Below are positions 38,446-52,499 of a DNA stretch of 63,833 nucleotides, piece after piece. Made by a program: the position numbers and the translations under genes. The notes beneath the pieces are model-generated. The model did no database searches. It was not told the DNA's origin and worked only from the letters and a program-made list of their open reading frames with translations. The stretch spans positions 104,656,168 to 104,720,000 of the forward strand of contig NC_058375.1 of the NCBI RefSeq assembly GCF_018350175.1. Direction: 5' to 3'. This stretch comes from Felis catus. Lineage: Eukaryota. Each line of letters opens with the position of its first letter. Positions within the stretch are counted from its first letter, which is position 1.

Positions 38446-41400
38446 AAAGCTTTCGGACAAAACGCTGGTTTGGCGTTTTACTGAGTGGCAATTTTTGTTT
38501 TCAGTTTAGAGAAGGCGAGGCGGAGGTAGGTGGGGGGTGGGGAGAGGGGGGAGGGAATTGGTTCTTTTTTTTTTCCAGTTTTAGAGCTAGAAGGGAAATC
38601 CTAAGAAGGACCCAAAAGGCCTGCAGAGGGGCCTCCAGCAGATGCAGAGTTGTTCCCACTCAAGGGTAGGGATTCTGAAGCCAGTTATCCCCTTGAGCCT
38701 TAAATTACTCTCCAAGTCCCGCCTTTTCTGTCTGTTCACAGCCGAACTCCCAGAAAAATTACCAAGGCCGTCTGCTTTCTCTGCAATTTAGTCGTGGCCT
38801 TCGGTGTGGCTTAGCCCCACCCCCAGCCATCCCCGCTCCTCGGAATACACTGTCACCAAGGACTGAAAAAGATCTGTCCTCCTCCGGACCTCCAGGAGGC
38901 ATCCGATTACCGCCTTGAAACTTGCTCCTTTGGCTTTCAAAATGTCCCCCGACTTTCCCCATCCTGCTCATTTTCCTCTACCTGGCTCTAAATTCTCGTG
39001 TCTGTCTGGGCTCTGCCCCCTACACAAAACCCCCCCTCCATTCTTCGCTCTTCCTGAGGAGTCTTCCCACTTCCATGCTTTCAACTATCCCAGATTTGTT
39101 CTAGAAGCTCAGACCTTTACACCAAACTGCTTAGTGGGTACCTCAACTCATTTGTCCCAACAACTCGACCAATCCAGATGCGAACTTACCCAAACAACCG
39201 CCTACCTCCTCTGTTTGCTCTTTTTCGCCAATTACACTTAGAATCCACTCACCTGCATCTCAACAGCGTATCTGGCTACGTATTTAGCATCTCTTCACTT
39301 TTTAATCCATGTTCCTGTCTGCTTCCTCACTGCTCTCTTAGATTTCAGCAACAGCCCTGTAACACTTGTTTTCCTAATCTTCCAACTGCCTTCTAGAGAA
39401 ACCTTATGGAAAGTTGTTTCTTCCTCCTCAGCTTCCCATCCTGGGTGGTTCTACATCCCTCACACCATTTGCATCCTCTCCTGAGTGTTCCATGAGGACT
39501 GGAGGACTTAAATCCTATTCCTCGAGCCCATTTCTGATGTCCTCTCTTTTATCCTCACCTTTATTGAACTGACATTTATCAAGTACATGCTACCTACCAG
39601 GCAATGGGTATACAGATAAGTGAGACTAGTGCAAAGAACTGTCATGAGATGCTTCTAGAAAATAGAGGAAATCTCAAGTCTGCAAGTTAATATCAGCTAT
39701 CTGTAGCTGGTAAGAATGTTGGTATAAACATGTGAAACACCCAGATCCAATCAAAGGTGATGGGAGAGTGCTTTTTCAATAGCAGAATGTACCTGAAGGT
39801 AATTCTAACTCAATCAATTATATCATTTCAGAAGATGCATGTGTTAATAGAAAGATGTAGTCCACACAGAGTCTAAATGAGGCAATTACAATAGGAATGT
39901 GTTGTTTCTCCAGCACTGTGAATACATACACACATACACACACACACACACACGCACACAACCAAGGGTCCTTGGTTGTGAAATCATCAGCCTTTCTTAC
40001 AACCTGGATGAAATATTTCTGAAGACTGCCCAACTCTTAGCTCAGATACTGGGCTCGACAACTTTCTGATTATTCTACTTCAAGATAAAAATATGAGACT
40101 GAGAATGCATGAGCTAGTTATAAGATACATCACTAGAAGTTAATGAATTTGCACCCTAGACTATTCATAAATTTCTTGTCTGTTTTGTTAGTGTGAGTCT
40201 CTCCCCAATGAGCCAGTCCACGCTGGAAGTTCTGACAGTGTCAACTTTTCAGACCTACAGGGTCTGAACCCAGACAGTCCAGATTGGGGCGGGGGGGCTA
40301 CTATAACTCTGGTAGCTTGAGAGACCCTGCTTGAGGGGGCACTGACCTCCCCAACTCTTCCACTTTTTATCTCTTTTTTACCTCTATCACAATGACTCTG
40401 TGCTGTTAGGAAAGATGAAGGGCAAAGAGAATATTTGGAACCTTATGTGATAAGCCCTATGCTGGGGGCTACCTATGAAGTAGATGTAATTGTTTTGCAG
40501 AAAAGGAAAGTAAGGCTCAGAGAAGTTAGGGCACTTGCTGAAGGTGACATGGCCATTTACTAAGACATGATTAGAACTCAGGTCTGCCTGACTCAAAAAT
40601 TGTACTCTTTACACTACTTCACTCACTAGATGTTGGGCTTCACGAGCCACTTAACTTACACAGCCTCCCCTTCTTCCTCTGGTAAAGAGAGAAAGAGAAT
40701 GAGAGAAAATTAGATTTAATATTTTAGATTCCATCCAGCTATAAAACCTTATTAGATTAATTTAGATAGGCCAATCTCCCACAAATTATACCAGGCTCAA
40801 TTACTATCTATTGCTCCCCAGAGCTCTTTTCCCAGCATTCTTACCAGAGCTATTAAAACGTGAAGTAGAGCAGGCCATCCGTAAAAGTAGTACACCATCA
40901 CAGACAAACAGACTGGATCTTACCTCCTTTAACAAAAAGGCAACCGGGATTTTTAACCAAAGGCAACTGAGTTCCTTCCCAAGGAATCCAGTTAATCAAA
41001 CCGTTATTTTGCCTTCTAGCCCCATTCCATAGTCCTCTCTCTTCCCCTCTCCCTCCACCTCTGTCACCACAACCACCACCTCCAGCCTCCTCCATACTGA
41101 GCTGCACACCATTCAGTTAGGACCTTTCCATAGGTCCCTAACATTGCATGTACACTTGCCTTTGATTAGAAGGCTTCATCTTCCTCTTGACCTGGCAAAA
41201 CCCTCCTCATCCTTTGAGTTTCAGCCCAGATATCACCTCCTCCTTCATGAGGCCTTCCCTACTCCCATACGCACACAGCCTCAGTGTACCCACCTCTGTG
41301 TTCAAATCCTGGTGATAGTGCTTACCACTCTGCTTTGGCTTTGGTCTCACTTCCTTTCTGTAACCACCTCAAGGGAGAGACCATGTCTTCTTCATCTTTG

Positions 41401-41620
41401 AATCTGAGTCCTTAATTCCTTCTACCTGGCTCTTAAAAAGGTAATTGAATGTTTTCGGCATGAATACATGAAATAACACTCTTAGGGAATTAGTGTCTTC
41501 TTTTCAAAAATATTTCTCTTTACTCAAGAACCATTCTCCAAATGCCACCTATAAATAGTAGACTGTGATAGCCAGAGTGATGGAAGATATACTGGAAGCT
41601 CGTCAATTAAACAACTAAAC

Positions 41621-41624
<4 letters not shown>

Positions 41625-41666
<42 letters not shown>
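41625..41666. repeat. (TA)n microsatellite
   Basis: Perfect TA run. Confidence 0.95.
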
Positions 41667-41675
<9 letters not shown>

Positions 41676-41917
41676 ATATATATCCAACCATAACAGACTT
41701 GTTAGAATAAATGATGATAAATGTAAAGAACCTAATACAGAGCCTGGAACCTGAGAGGTCCCAAAGCTGTATTAGGAGGCCAAATAGCTTAATGTTTAAG
41801 AGCCCAAATTCTACAGCCTGACTGCATTGTTTACCAGATATGTGATCATGGGCAAGTTACCTAACCTCTAAGCGTCTCTGCTTCCTCACTGGTAAATCAA
41901 AAGTAATAATAGTAGAT

Positions 41918-42110
41918 GGGGCACCTGGGTGGCTCAGTTAAGTGTCATACTTCAGCTCAGGTCAGGATCTTGCAGTTCATGGGTTCGAGCCCCACATCAG
42001 GCTCTGCGCTGACAGCAGCAGAGTCTTCTTTGGATCCTCTGTCTCCCTCGCTCTCTGCCCCTCCCCCGCTCACTCTCTCTCAAAAATAACAAACATCAAA
42101 AAAAAAAAAA
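41918..42110 (+). mobile_element. Can-SINE inserted in a MIR
   Basis: Head, body and A tail; aaaagtaata duplicated. Confidence 0.87.
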
Positions 42111-42239
42111 GTAATATTAGGTATTTCATGGGGCTGTTGTAAAAATTAAGAGAGTTCATAAATGTAAAACATTTAGAAAAGTACCTAGCACCAACAGAGC
42201 AGGGGCATCCCCAAAATTCTTTGAACCAATTGTTCTTTA

Positions 42240-42456
42240 AAAAAAATTTTTTTTATGTTTATTTATGTTTGAGAGAGAGAGGGACAGAATGCAAGTGGAG
42301 GAGGGACAGAGAGAGAAGGAGATACAGAATCCGAGGCAGGCTCTAGGCTCTGAGCTGTCCACACAGAGCTCGACACGGGGCTTGAACTCACAAACCGTGA
42401 GATCATGACCTAAGCCGAAGTCAGATGCTCAACCTACTGAGCCACCCAGGTGCCCC
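42240..42456 (-). mobile_element. Can-SINE
   Basis: tgaaccaatt duplicated on both flanks. Confidence 0.88.
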
Positions 42457-42489
42457 TGAACCAATTTTTCATTTCAAAAATAAACATTA

Positions 42490-42727
42490 GGGGGACGTCT
42501 GAGTGACTCAGTCTGCTAGGTGTCTGACTCTTGATTTTGGCTGAGGTCATGATCTCGTGGTTGTGGGACTGAGCCCCGCACCAGGCTCTGTGCTGAGCAA
42601 GGAGTCTGCTTGGGGTTCCCTTTCTCCCTCTCTTTCTACCCCCTCTCCCTGCTTGTGCTCTCTCTGTTTCTCTCAATAATAAATAAATAAGCTTAAATAC
42701 ATACATACATACATACATACATACATA
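42490..42727 (+). mobile_element. Can-SINE with a (CATA)n tail
   Basis: TSD AAAAATAAACATTAG. Confidence 0.87.
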
Positions 42728-44539
42728 AAAATAAACATTAGGTTTATCATATGACCTAGCAATTCCACTCCTGGATATACAGCAAACAGAAATGCAATGC
42801 ACTTGGATGAATCTCACAGACAATGTGGAGCAAAAGAAGACAAACACAAATGAATTCATGCTATGTGATTCTTTTTATATGAAGTTTTAAAATGGGCAAC
42901 AGTAATCTATGGTGATAGAAGTTAGAATAACGATTACCTGTGGGGAGGTGGTATTGATTTCCCTGGAGCCTTCCAAGGTTCTGGAAATTTTCTGTATCTT
43001 GATATGCATGTATTCATATGTAGAATTAAACTGTACACTTAAGATTTGTAAATTCCTTATGTGTAAATTATACATCAATAAGCACAAATTAAGTTTTTCA
43101 TGATCAAATATTGAAGTAATCATCATGGGGGGAAATGAGTATTTTGTTAGACACCCCATCCTCATGTCACAGATTAGTGTTTATTGGTTTTTTGTTTTGT
43201 TTTGTTTAATTACACCTGAGGTGGCCACCATAATCTTTTGATGTTCAAAGCCTCTAAAAGTCTCAATCTGGCCAAGACAAACCTTCACTAAATAGGAGAT
43301 ATTATTCTTACTATGTTTTTATTAAAAACAAAGACACTATAACTTGCCCCGTGGAGTTTGCAATTTACAAAGCTTCCATTTATTTTTGCAACAGAAATAA
43401 CAATGACATCAGCCCTATTTGCACATTAGTTCACACATCCATCCAATACATTTAAGAACAACAAGTATGCCAACATTGAGCTTAACATAACACATCCAGA
43501 ACATAATGAATACATTCCCTCTGCCCAGATCTCTCTTTCCTCATGGTTAGTTACCCCCTAGTCATTCAGATCTCTGATTAAATCACCTCCCTAGCAAGAC
43601 CTTCTCCAACCACAGCCTCCCAACATTCCCTATCAGTTGCTGGATTAGCAAGTTGCAAAGCCCTGACCAAAAGCAAGTCCTATAGATTCTATCTTTTTTA
43701 GCAGCATTCTGATCAATTTATTTCTCTCTAGCCCATCTCCTGCCTTCACTCAGATTATCTTTCACCATACTACTGTGAACGGCTTTTCTATTCTTCCTGT
43801 TCCTCTAATACCATCTTCACATGCTAGCCAAAGTGATTTAATAGAAAATTGGAGTCTTTTTCACCATATGCTCTCTCACCCTTACCCACTTCCTCACCCA
43901 CCCATCCATGATGATCTCATTCCATCTTCAATAACTCCTGCTTCAGATACACTTCTCAGATGCTAAAATTAGTAGACAAAAGCTTAATGAGAAACAAGAT
44001 AGTACATAGACTCAAAATATCACCCACAATTACAAATGGAAAAAGAATTTTACAATGGAGAAACTTAAAGATATCCCTTTAACAAATGATCAGAATTATC
44101 ATCAGCAATAAGACAAATCAAGCTAATGCCCACTGTTATGGTTCACTGAGAAGGACTTAATATCATTTGGCAGTATTCTTGCCAAAAATGCATATCCTAA
44201 ATCTGCAGACAAACCCAAATTGAGGGACATTACACAATAAATGTTCTGTACTCTCCAACAATATCAAAGTCATGAAAGACAAAGACTAAGGAACTATTCC
44301 TGATTAATGGAGACCAAAGAGATCTAACAACTAAATACAACATGTGATCCCAGATTGGATCCTGAACCAGAACATTTTTTTTTTTCATTTTATACAAAAG
44401 ACACTAGTGGGAAAATTAACAAATTTTGAATAAGATCTGTATATTAGATAATAGTACTGTATCAATGTCAATTTCCCGAGTGTGACAATTACATTGTGGT
44501 TATGTGAGAAAATGTCTTTTTTTTTTAACTAAATACTCA

Positions 44540-45080
44540 TTAGTAAATATCAGAGTTCTCCAGAGAAACAGACACATAGGAAATATACGGAGAGAGAGAT
44601 AGAGAAGGATTTATTATAAGGAATTGGCTCACACGATTATGTAGGCTAACAAGTCCCAAGATCTGCCAGGTGAGTCAGCAAGCTGGAAACCGGGAGAGCT
44701 GACGGTGTAGTTCCAGTCCAAGTCCAAAGGCCTGAGAACAAAGAGAACCAATGCTGCAATTCCAGTCTGCAGGCCAGCAGGCTGAAGACCCAGGAAGAGT
44801 CAATGTTTCAGTTTGAGTCCAAAGGCAGGAAAAAAGCCAGTGTCCCAAATCAGAGGCACTCAGGCAGGAAAGAACTCTCTTTCTCAAAGATGGTCAGCCA
44901 TTTTGTTCTATTCAGGCCTCTGACTGACGAGGCCCCCCCACATTAGGAAGGGCAATCTGATTTGCCAATTTAAATGTTAACCTCATCCCAAAACACCCTT
45001 ACAAAAAGACCGAGAATAATGTTTGACCCCATATCTGGGCACCCAATAGCCCAGTCAATTTGACACATAAAATTAACCAT
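44540..45080 (-). mobile_element. ERVL MLT2-type LTR inserted in an old L1
   Basis: gttctccagagaaacaga…tttattataaggaattggctcacacgattatg…cccagtcaatttgacacataaaattaaccatc. Confidence 0.75.
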
Positions 45081-45264
45081 CCCAAGTACTTAGAGGTAAA
45101 TGGGGCTTTATCTCTGAAACTTATGCTCAAATGGTTCAGCAAAAAAATTGTATGTGTGTAGATAGATACATAGAAATAAAGCAAACCTGATGAAATGTTA
45201 ACATTTGGATAATCTGTGTATCAGAATGAGGGATCATATATTGGAAAAACTTAATTTTCCACTT

Positions 45265-45475
45265 GTGTCAGGGAAAACCTTACTTCAGTCTATCTCCTGT
45301 GTGTTTCTTCCCTGTGAATCTCCTTCACTAGTCACATAAAACACTTCACTTCCAAATGTGTGCTTTTTCCCCACACCAAGCAATTTTCTGCAACACCAGC
45401 TGGGTGGTCTGCAATTTTTTTTATGAGTTTATTTTTATTTATTTTTGAGAGAGAGAGAGCGTGCATGTGAGGAAG

Positions 45476-45515
<40 letters not shown>

Positions 45516-45770
45516 ATCCCACACAGGCTCTGCACTGTCAGCTCGAAGCCCCAAAGTCGGGCTGGACCTCACACCATGCGGGGCTTGAACTCACAAACCA
45601 TGAGATCACGACCTGAGCTGAAGTTGGGTGCTTAAATGACTTAGCCACCCAGGCGCCCCCACACCCCTGGCCTACAATTTAATTCAGTTCTGACACTCTC
45701 TACCCAGAGATAGCATCAGATCCCACAGGTTAAAGGGCTCGGTCCTATAACACTGTGCCCCACCCACCCC

Positions 45771-45820
<50 letters not shown>

Positions 45821-46235
45821 TAAGATGCCAGCCACAAGCCCAGGTTGTCTGTCACCTGTGCTTCTGACCAACTGATTATAAATTGAGGTTCCACTGACCC
45901 CTCCTTTGGGCTCTATAAATTTGCTAGAGCAGCTCACAGAACTCAAGGTAATATTTTACTTACATTTACCAGTTTATTATAAAAGGATATGATAAAGGAT
46001 ACAGCTGAGCATCCATATAGAAGAGATAAAGCAAGGTATATGGGAAGGGGCTCTCCAGCATGGCACTCTCCCGGTACCTCCACATGTTCACCAACCCAGA
46101 AGCTCTCCAAACTCCATACTTTTGGGATTTGATGGAAACTTCATCATGTAGGCATGATCGATCATTAACTTCATTTTCAGCCCCTCTCCCTTCTCAAGAG
46201 AATGAGGGCATAACTGAAAGTTCCAAGCTTCTTTT
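45265..46235. mobile_element. MER21-like LTR containing a Can-SINE (45415-45660, minus) and (AC)n at 45772-45817
   Basis: ccacaccaagcaatt…caccagctgggtg…gagatagcatcagatcccacaggtt phrases. Confidence 0.6.
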
Positions 46236-46535
46236 AAAAAAAAAAAAAAAATTAAGGTTTAATTTTGAAAGAGAGAGAGAGCACACACATGTGTGCCCAC
46301 AGGGACATGAGCAGAGGCCAGGCAGAGAGGAAGGTGGGGGGGAGGGAGAATCCCAAGCAGGGTCTGCACTGTCAGCATGGGGCTCCACACAGGGCTCTAA
46401 CTCACCAATCGTGAGATCACCAAACCAAAATCAAGAGTCAGATGCTTAACTGAGAGATGCAAACTGAGTCAGATGCAAACCGTGAGATCATGACTTGAGT
46501 TGGACACTCAGCTGACTGAGCCACCAAGGTGCCCC
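46236..46535 (-). mobile_element. Degenerate or rearranged Can-SINE
   Basis: Head …gccaccaaggtgcccc with internal duplications. Confidence 0.75.
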
Positions 46536-48399
46536 TCCAGTAGTCCATATCTTATGGAACTAATGCCATCCATCCAGATGCACAAACCTGATACTCATCC
46601 TTGACACTTCCCCTCCCATAACTAACCTATCACCACATCCTGTGAATTCCCTCCTAATATATATCTTGTAAGCACAGTTTCTCTCCACCTCTGCCTCTAC
46701 TGCTGCCACCTTGATCCAAGCCATCATCATCTCTCACCTAGACTGCTACAAGTAACCTCCCAGCTGCTCTCCCTGCTTGCTCTCTAACCTCTCTGACAAT
46801 TCACACTGCAGCCAGTGATCTTTGCAAAAACACAAATTTAAAGATGGTTTAATGCAATGCATGATCCTTGACTGGCTTTCCAAAAATAAAAAACTATAAA
46901 GATCACTAATGAGACAACTGGGGAAATCTGACTATCAACTATCAACTATAGATAATAGTATTATATGAAGGTTAAATGTCTTGAGTGTAGTAATGGTATT
47001 GTGATTATGTAGGGAAATGTCCTTGTTCTCAGAAGATACATGCTGAAGTAGATAGTGGTACAATGTAAACATTTTTGCAACTAATTCCCAAATGATTCAG
47101 CAAAAATAATAATTATTTCATTATTGTTATTATATACATACAAATTCAAAAAGAGATAAAGCAAGTCAGGTAAAATGTCAGTGAATCTGGATGAAGGGTA
47201 AACAGGGTGCTCATTGTACTAATCTTGCAGCTTTTCTGAAAGTTTAAAAAAAATTTTTAAGGCTAGGGAAAATATATGTCATTATGTTAAATTTCTTGAG
47301 TGTGATAAGTTTATTGTGGTTTTATAGGGGAATATTCTTGTTTTTAGGAGATATATGTTGGAGTACTTAATGGTGAAATGTCTGCTATCTGCAACTTATT
47401 TTCAAGTGGTTCAACCAAAAAAAAGTATATAAATATATTTTTAAAGTATATAGATATACACAAAGTACTTAAATATATAAGTATATATGTATAAGTATAT
47501 TATATATATAAATGTAAAAAATAGTGAAAGGTAGAAGACGTTGCTTTGGATTTTCTGCAGCTTTGACATTTTTCCCGAATTAGAAGTTGGGGAAAATACT
47601 TAGGAATATATGGAGATATAATCGATAAAATATTAAAGATACAAAATAAAATACAAATTGAAAGCTTATATATCATCTTGGAAAAAAAAAAATCTCATCC
47701 TGTTACAGCCCTGCTTAAAATCTTCATTAGCTTCCCATCGCTCCCAGGAAAAAGACTGTCCCACAAGGCCCAGTATGGTCTAGCCCCTGCCTTCTCCCAG
47801 GCAGGCCTTCCTACTTACTTCCCATCGCCATCATCTCTGCCCAGTGGGCTCCAACTACACCTAAGTACACCTAAAGTAACCACTCCCCCAAAGTTCCCTC
47901 TTCTGGCCTTTGCATGTGCAACTATCACAGCCTGACTGCGAGGAGCTGAAATAGGCTTTCGTGCTGTCTCTTCTAGACTGTTACCCTAAAATCTCCTCTG
48001 AAGTTTTCTCTGCACCCCCAAGTCTGGGAGACATGACTCCTTGGAATCCTGTTCTCCCAGTCCCATCATAGCACTTAGCACACGGTATTGTAATTGCCTG
48101 CTTACTTGCTCATCTTCAGGGTTCTGTACACTCCTTGAGACAGGGCCTGCTTTATTCAGGACTGGTCTGCGCTCAGTAATTATGTATTCAGTAAATGAAA
48201 TGGGCTTCCATTTTCTCCTATATAAAATAAAGGAATTCAGCTAGATGACAATAAAATGCAACAAATAACAGCAGTCCCAACTGCGCAGGAATTCCCGGCG
48301 GTGGTTTTTTGTTTTGTTTTGTTTGTTTGTTTTTTGCATCATTCTGCTTCAAAACCTAAAACCACGAGTTGGAAAAAAAAAAAAAAAAAAAAAAAAATC

Positions 48400-48941
48400 A
48401 CAGACTACAATTCCCGTGAGACCTCGCGGCATCACGTGGCGTCTGCCCAGGCTACTATCGCGTAGTCAGAACTCCATTTCCCAGCGTGCCTCAAGACGCG
48501 GGGTCCGCATTTCGCCGAGAACTTCAGGAGTCGGGTTTCTGAGCAAGACTGCGGTAGCCAAGGCTGAGTGGAAGGTAGAAAAGGCCCAGCCTGGGGTTCA
48601 AAGGGGACAGTGGCTCAACCACAACCCGGAGTTGCACATACCCTACCTTTGCAACCCCCAGCCCACTCCTGCTAAACGTGCCTCTCGGAGGCCCTTTCCA
48701 ACCCCTGCCCCCCGTCGCTCCTCTGCTGTCCGCGGCTGGAGGCCAAACCTCCCCCCACCCCCCCCACCCCCCCCACCCCACCCCCCGCGTCACCCGGAGG
48801 AAAGGGGCGGTGTCTGGAGTCGAGGCGGGCACCCTGCGGGAGCCGGGTGTGGACGTGGGCGGCTGGAGGTGGGAGACGGGGCTCTCACCAGGTGGAAGGC
48901 CCAGACCCTCACTGCTCTGGGCCTTGTCTCTGCGTTAGCGA
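48400..48941 (+). promoter_or_regulatory. BOLA1 CpG-island promoter and 5' region
   Basis: ZNF143/SBS-type motifs ACTACAATTCCC (48404-48415) and ACTCCATTTCCCAGCGTGCC (48471-48490); E-box CACGTG 48433-48438; acceptor-like ctctcaccag ending at 48891. Confidence 0.75.
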
Positions 48942-49355
48942 ATGCTGAGTGTGCAGCTGGTCGGGCGCCTGTTCTCGATGGCCGGTCGTGTCTGTCTGTC
49001 CCGGAGCAGCGCCGGGTTGGGGACTGTCGGTCCCGTCGAGGCAGCCATTCGCACGAAGTTAGAGCAGGCCCTGAATCCCGAGGTGCTGGAGCTGCGCAAC
49101 GAGAGCGGCGGCCATGCGGTCCCACCGGGCAGCGAGACACATTTCCGCGTGGCGGTGGTGAGCTCTCGCTTTGAGGGACTGAGCCCCTTGCAACGGCACC
49201 GGCTGGTCCACGCTGCGCTGTCTGAGGAGCTGGCTGGGCCGGTCCACGCATTGGCCATACAGGCACGGACCCCCGCCCAGTGGAAGGAGAACCCTCAACT
49301 GGACGCAAGCCCCCCTTGCCTGGGTGGGAGCAAGAAAACTCGCGGAACCCCCTGA
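48942..49355 (+). CDS. BOLA1: BolA-like protein 1 (mitochondrial); CDS in a single exon
   Basis: 137 aa; LELRNESGGHAVPPGSETHFRVAVVSSRFEGLSPLQRHRLV…VHALAIQARTPAQW…SPPCLGG; AATAAA at 49395-49400. Confidence 0.97.
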   Translation: MLSVQLVGRLFSMAGRVCLSRSSAGLGTVGPVEAAIRTKLEQALNPEVLELRNESGGHAVPPGSETHFRVAVVSSRFEGLSPLQRHRLVHAALSEELAGPVHALAIQARTPAQWKENPQLDASPPCLGGSKKTRGTP

Positions 49356-50014
49356 GCCCCCAGAGAGGGAAGACTAGGATCCTAATGGTTTGGGAATAAA
49401 CTACGGGCTTTCTTCCCTTCAATACGGTCTGGTGTTTGTAAGGGACAAGGATCCTTGGGCCCCATTCAGCCAGCATGTACATATATATCCTCTGGAGATA
49501 GCAACTCCTTTCAGATCAAAGCTTATCCAAGGAAAGAGAATCACTCACCACTGCCCTTGCCCTGGACTATTTAGGAAAAGCTGCCTAGTCGTTTTATGTT
49601 AAATTGTGACTAAGGAATCACCAGACCTGATGAGTTGGAAATAATCCTGTACATTAAAAGATAAATTATCATAGGAGATACACTGCTTTGTGTTGATAAT
49701 GGCCTGTTGAATGAGTGCTACAGATGTTCTTGGGAAAAGATACCTGTAGCCTAGAGTAGGCAAGAAGGGCTTCATTGTGGGGAGTGACCTAATTGGATCT
49801 TTAAAGGAAAGCACAGAATTAAAACAGAAAAGAGAGGAAGGATGTTATAAGGAGGGGGAAGAGCTCAAGCAAAAGCATAGAAACTGCAGCCACCGATTGG
49901 ACGAGGCAGGAGTTATAAGTATATTTGAATTTCCTACTGGGAGAATGTTTGGTTTTTTATCAGCCTACCCATTTCCAAAAGGATTTGCATTTGTTTCTCA
50001 GAAATATCCTTTAT

Positions 50015-50212
50015 GAGGCGTGCCTGGGTGCTCAGTTGGTTAAGCACCTGACTCTTGATCTTGGCTCAGGTCGTGATCTCACGGTTTGTGGGTTCGAGCC
50101 CTGCATAGGCCTCCATGCTAATGGTGCAGAGCCTGCTTGGGATTCTATCTCTCCTCTCTGCCTCTAACCTGCTTGTGCTCTATCTCAAAATAAATAAACT
50201 TTAAAAAAGAAA
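50015..50212 (+). mobile_element. Can-SINE
   Basis: Head, body and tail. Confidence 0.87.
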
Positions 50213-50706
50213 ACAAAAATCCTTACAAGACAAGTGAAAACACACTAAGGCAGTGAAAAGATAACATGGAATATGAGTATAGAAGATGGAGAAAACTTTG
50301 TATAGCCCTTTTTCTTACAAGCCTTCTAAAGTCCTATTTCTGAGGGAGCTCAAGTGATGTCTAGATAAGTACCTTGATGACCTTAATGTGGCAAGAGAAT
50401 CTAGATACTAAAGAAAAAGATTAACATACATCATGACCATTTTGAGCTACAGTTTCGACTGCATCTGGTTGGACAATAGGAAGTCATTGAAGAGTTTTGA
50501 GGAAGGACATGCCAAAGAGCATTCTGGGGTAAATCCTTCTGGCAGTGATGTGTAAGGAGGTTGGCATAGGAGATTGGAAGCATAGAGAGCAACCAAGAGT
50601 GAAAATGGGACCCTGACTTCAAGGTCAGCTGTAGGAATGGAAAGGAAGAAGTTTTGAGAGCTACCATAAAAAGTCAGAAAATGTCTTGATTAGAACAGAA
50701 ATATGA

Positions 50707-50916
50707 GGGGCTCCTGGGTGGCTCAGTCAGTTGAGTGTCCAACTTCAGCTAAGGTCATGATCTCGTGGTTTGTGAGTTTGAGCCCCACATAGGGCTCTGT
50801 GCTGACAGCTCAGAGCCTGGAGCCTGTTTCAGATTCTGTGTCTCCCTCTCTCTCTGCCCCTTGCCTGCTCACGTCTGTCTCTCAAAAATAAGTAAACATT
50901 AAAGAAAAAAAAAAAA
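50707..50916 (+). mobile_element. Can-SINE
   Basis: Head, body and A tail. Confidence 0.9.
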
Positions 50917-51149
50917 GTGAGGGAGAGTCAAGGGTAACACCCAGGCAGTGATTTCCAGATAGCCTAACATAAGAATTCCCATGGAAGCTTGTTTCAAATG
51001 TGGATTCTAGGTCCCCTCTCTTTAAAAAAAGGGGAGGGGGAATTCTGATTCCGCAAGAATGGAATCTGGAATCTATCTTTAAAAGACACACAAGAGGATT
51101 TGGAGGAAAGCTGGCTCTATCCTCAAGAAACGCTCATAAATTTTTGTTT

Positions 51150-52075
51150 TGATTTAGGGTTTTTTAAATTTTATTTTTGTAAATTCTGTTTTATTATGGT
51201 GGTAACACAACATAAGGTCTACTCTCAACAGATTTTTAAGAATACAATTCATTATCATTGACTATAGGTACAGTCANNNNNNNNNNNNNNNNNNNNNNNN
51301 NNNNNNNNNNNNNNNNNNNNNNNNNNNNNNNNNNNNNNNNNNNNNNNNNNNNNNNNNNNNNNNNNNNNNNNNNNNNNNNNNNNNNNNNNNNNNNNNNNNN
51401 NNNNNNNNNNNNNNNNNNNNNNNNNAATTATTTAGTATTTGACTTTCTGCGACTGGCTTATGTGACTTAATATCCTCATGATTGGTTCATATTATCACAT
51501 ATTGCAGAATTTCCTTTTTAAAAGCTGAATGGCTTTCCATTGTGTATATATACCACATTTTCATTATCAGTTCATCTGCCGATGAACATTTAGGTTATTT
51601 CCATGTCTTAGCTATTGTGAATACTGCTGCAGTGAACGTGGGAGTACTAATGTTGCCAAGATCCTGATTTCAGGGGTTTTTTTTATGTTATTTTTGAGAG
51701 AGAGAGAACGCGAGCAGGGGAGGGGCAGAGAGAGAGGGAGACATAGAATCCAAAGCAGTCTCTGTGCTGATGGCTCAGAGCCTGACGCAGGGCTCAAACT
51801 CACAAACCGTGAGATCATGACCTGAGCCGAAGTCTGACGCTTAACCGACTGAGCCACCCAGGCACCCCTGATTTTAGTTCTTTTGATAAATACCCAGAAG
51901 TGGGATTGTTGGATCATATGGTAGTTCTATTTTTAATTTTTTGAGTAACCTCCATATTCTTTCGCATAGCAGCTGCATCATGTTGCATTCCCCCTGTGTA
52001 CTAGTGTTCCAGTTTCTCCACATCTTCACTAACACCTTTAGTATTTTGTTGTGTTTGGGTTTTTTTTGGGGGGGG
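51150..52075 (-). mobile_element. Old L1 3' fragment containing a Can-SINE (51678-51868, minus)
   Basis: L1 phrases (gctattgtgaatactgctgcagtgaac, gataaatacccagaagtgggattg); cctgattt duplicated around the SINE. Confidence 0.8.
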
Positions 52076-52499
52076 NNNNNNNNNNNNNNNNNNNNNNNNN
52101 NNNNNNNNNNNNNNNNNNNNNNNNNNNNNNNNNNNNNNNNNNNNNNNNNNNNNNNNNNNNNNNNNNNNNNNNNNNNNNNNNNNNNNNNNNNNNNNNNNNN
52201 NNNNNNNNNNNNNNNNNNNNNNNNNNNNNNNNNNNNNNNNNNNNNNNNNGTTATTAGTTGTTTTTGCTGTCGAGTTGCAGGACATTACTCCAAGTTTTCA
52301 AATCCCAGAGACTGAGAAGACCCTCCATCTGTAGAAGTGAAAAGGTCAGGATAAAGTGGCCAATTGAGGAAATAAATATGGTGCATCATATTATTCTGGC
52401 TTTCAGTTTGGGGAGAGAGGAATGGCATTTCCATCTCACCACCTTTCCTTCCAAGCAGGCAGAGGATGTAGGTGGAGTGGCAAAGAAGGAGATGTAGCC

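Noticed and set aside
38610-38632. CCTAAGAAGGACCCAAAAGGCC resembling H2B PKKGSKKA codons
   Set aside because: Too short and gapped to call an H2B remnant without an alignment statistic.
48314-49482. 286-aa (+) and 230-aa (-) ORFs overlapping BOLA1
   Set aside because: Low-complexity CpG-island frames that include poly-K/poly-P from homopolymer tracts; BOLA1 explains the locus.
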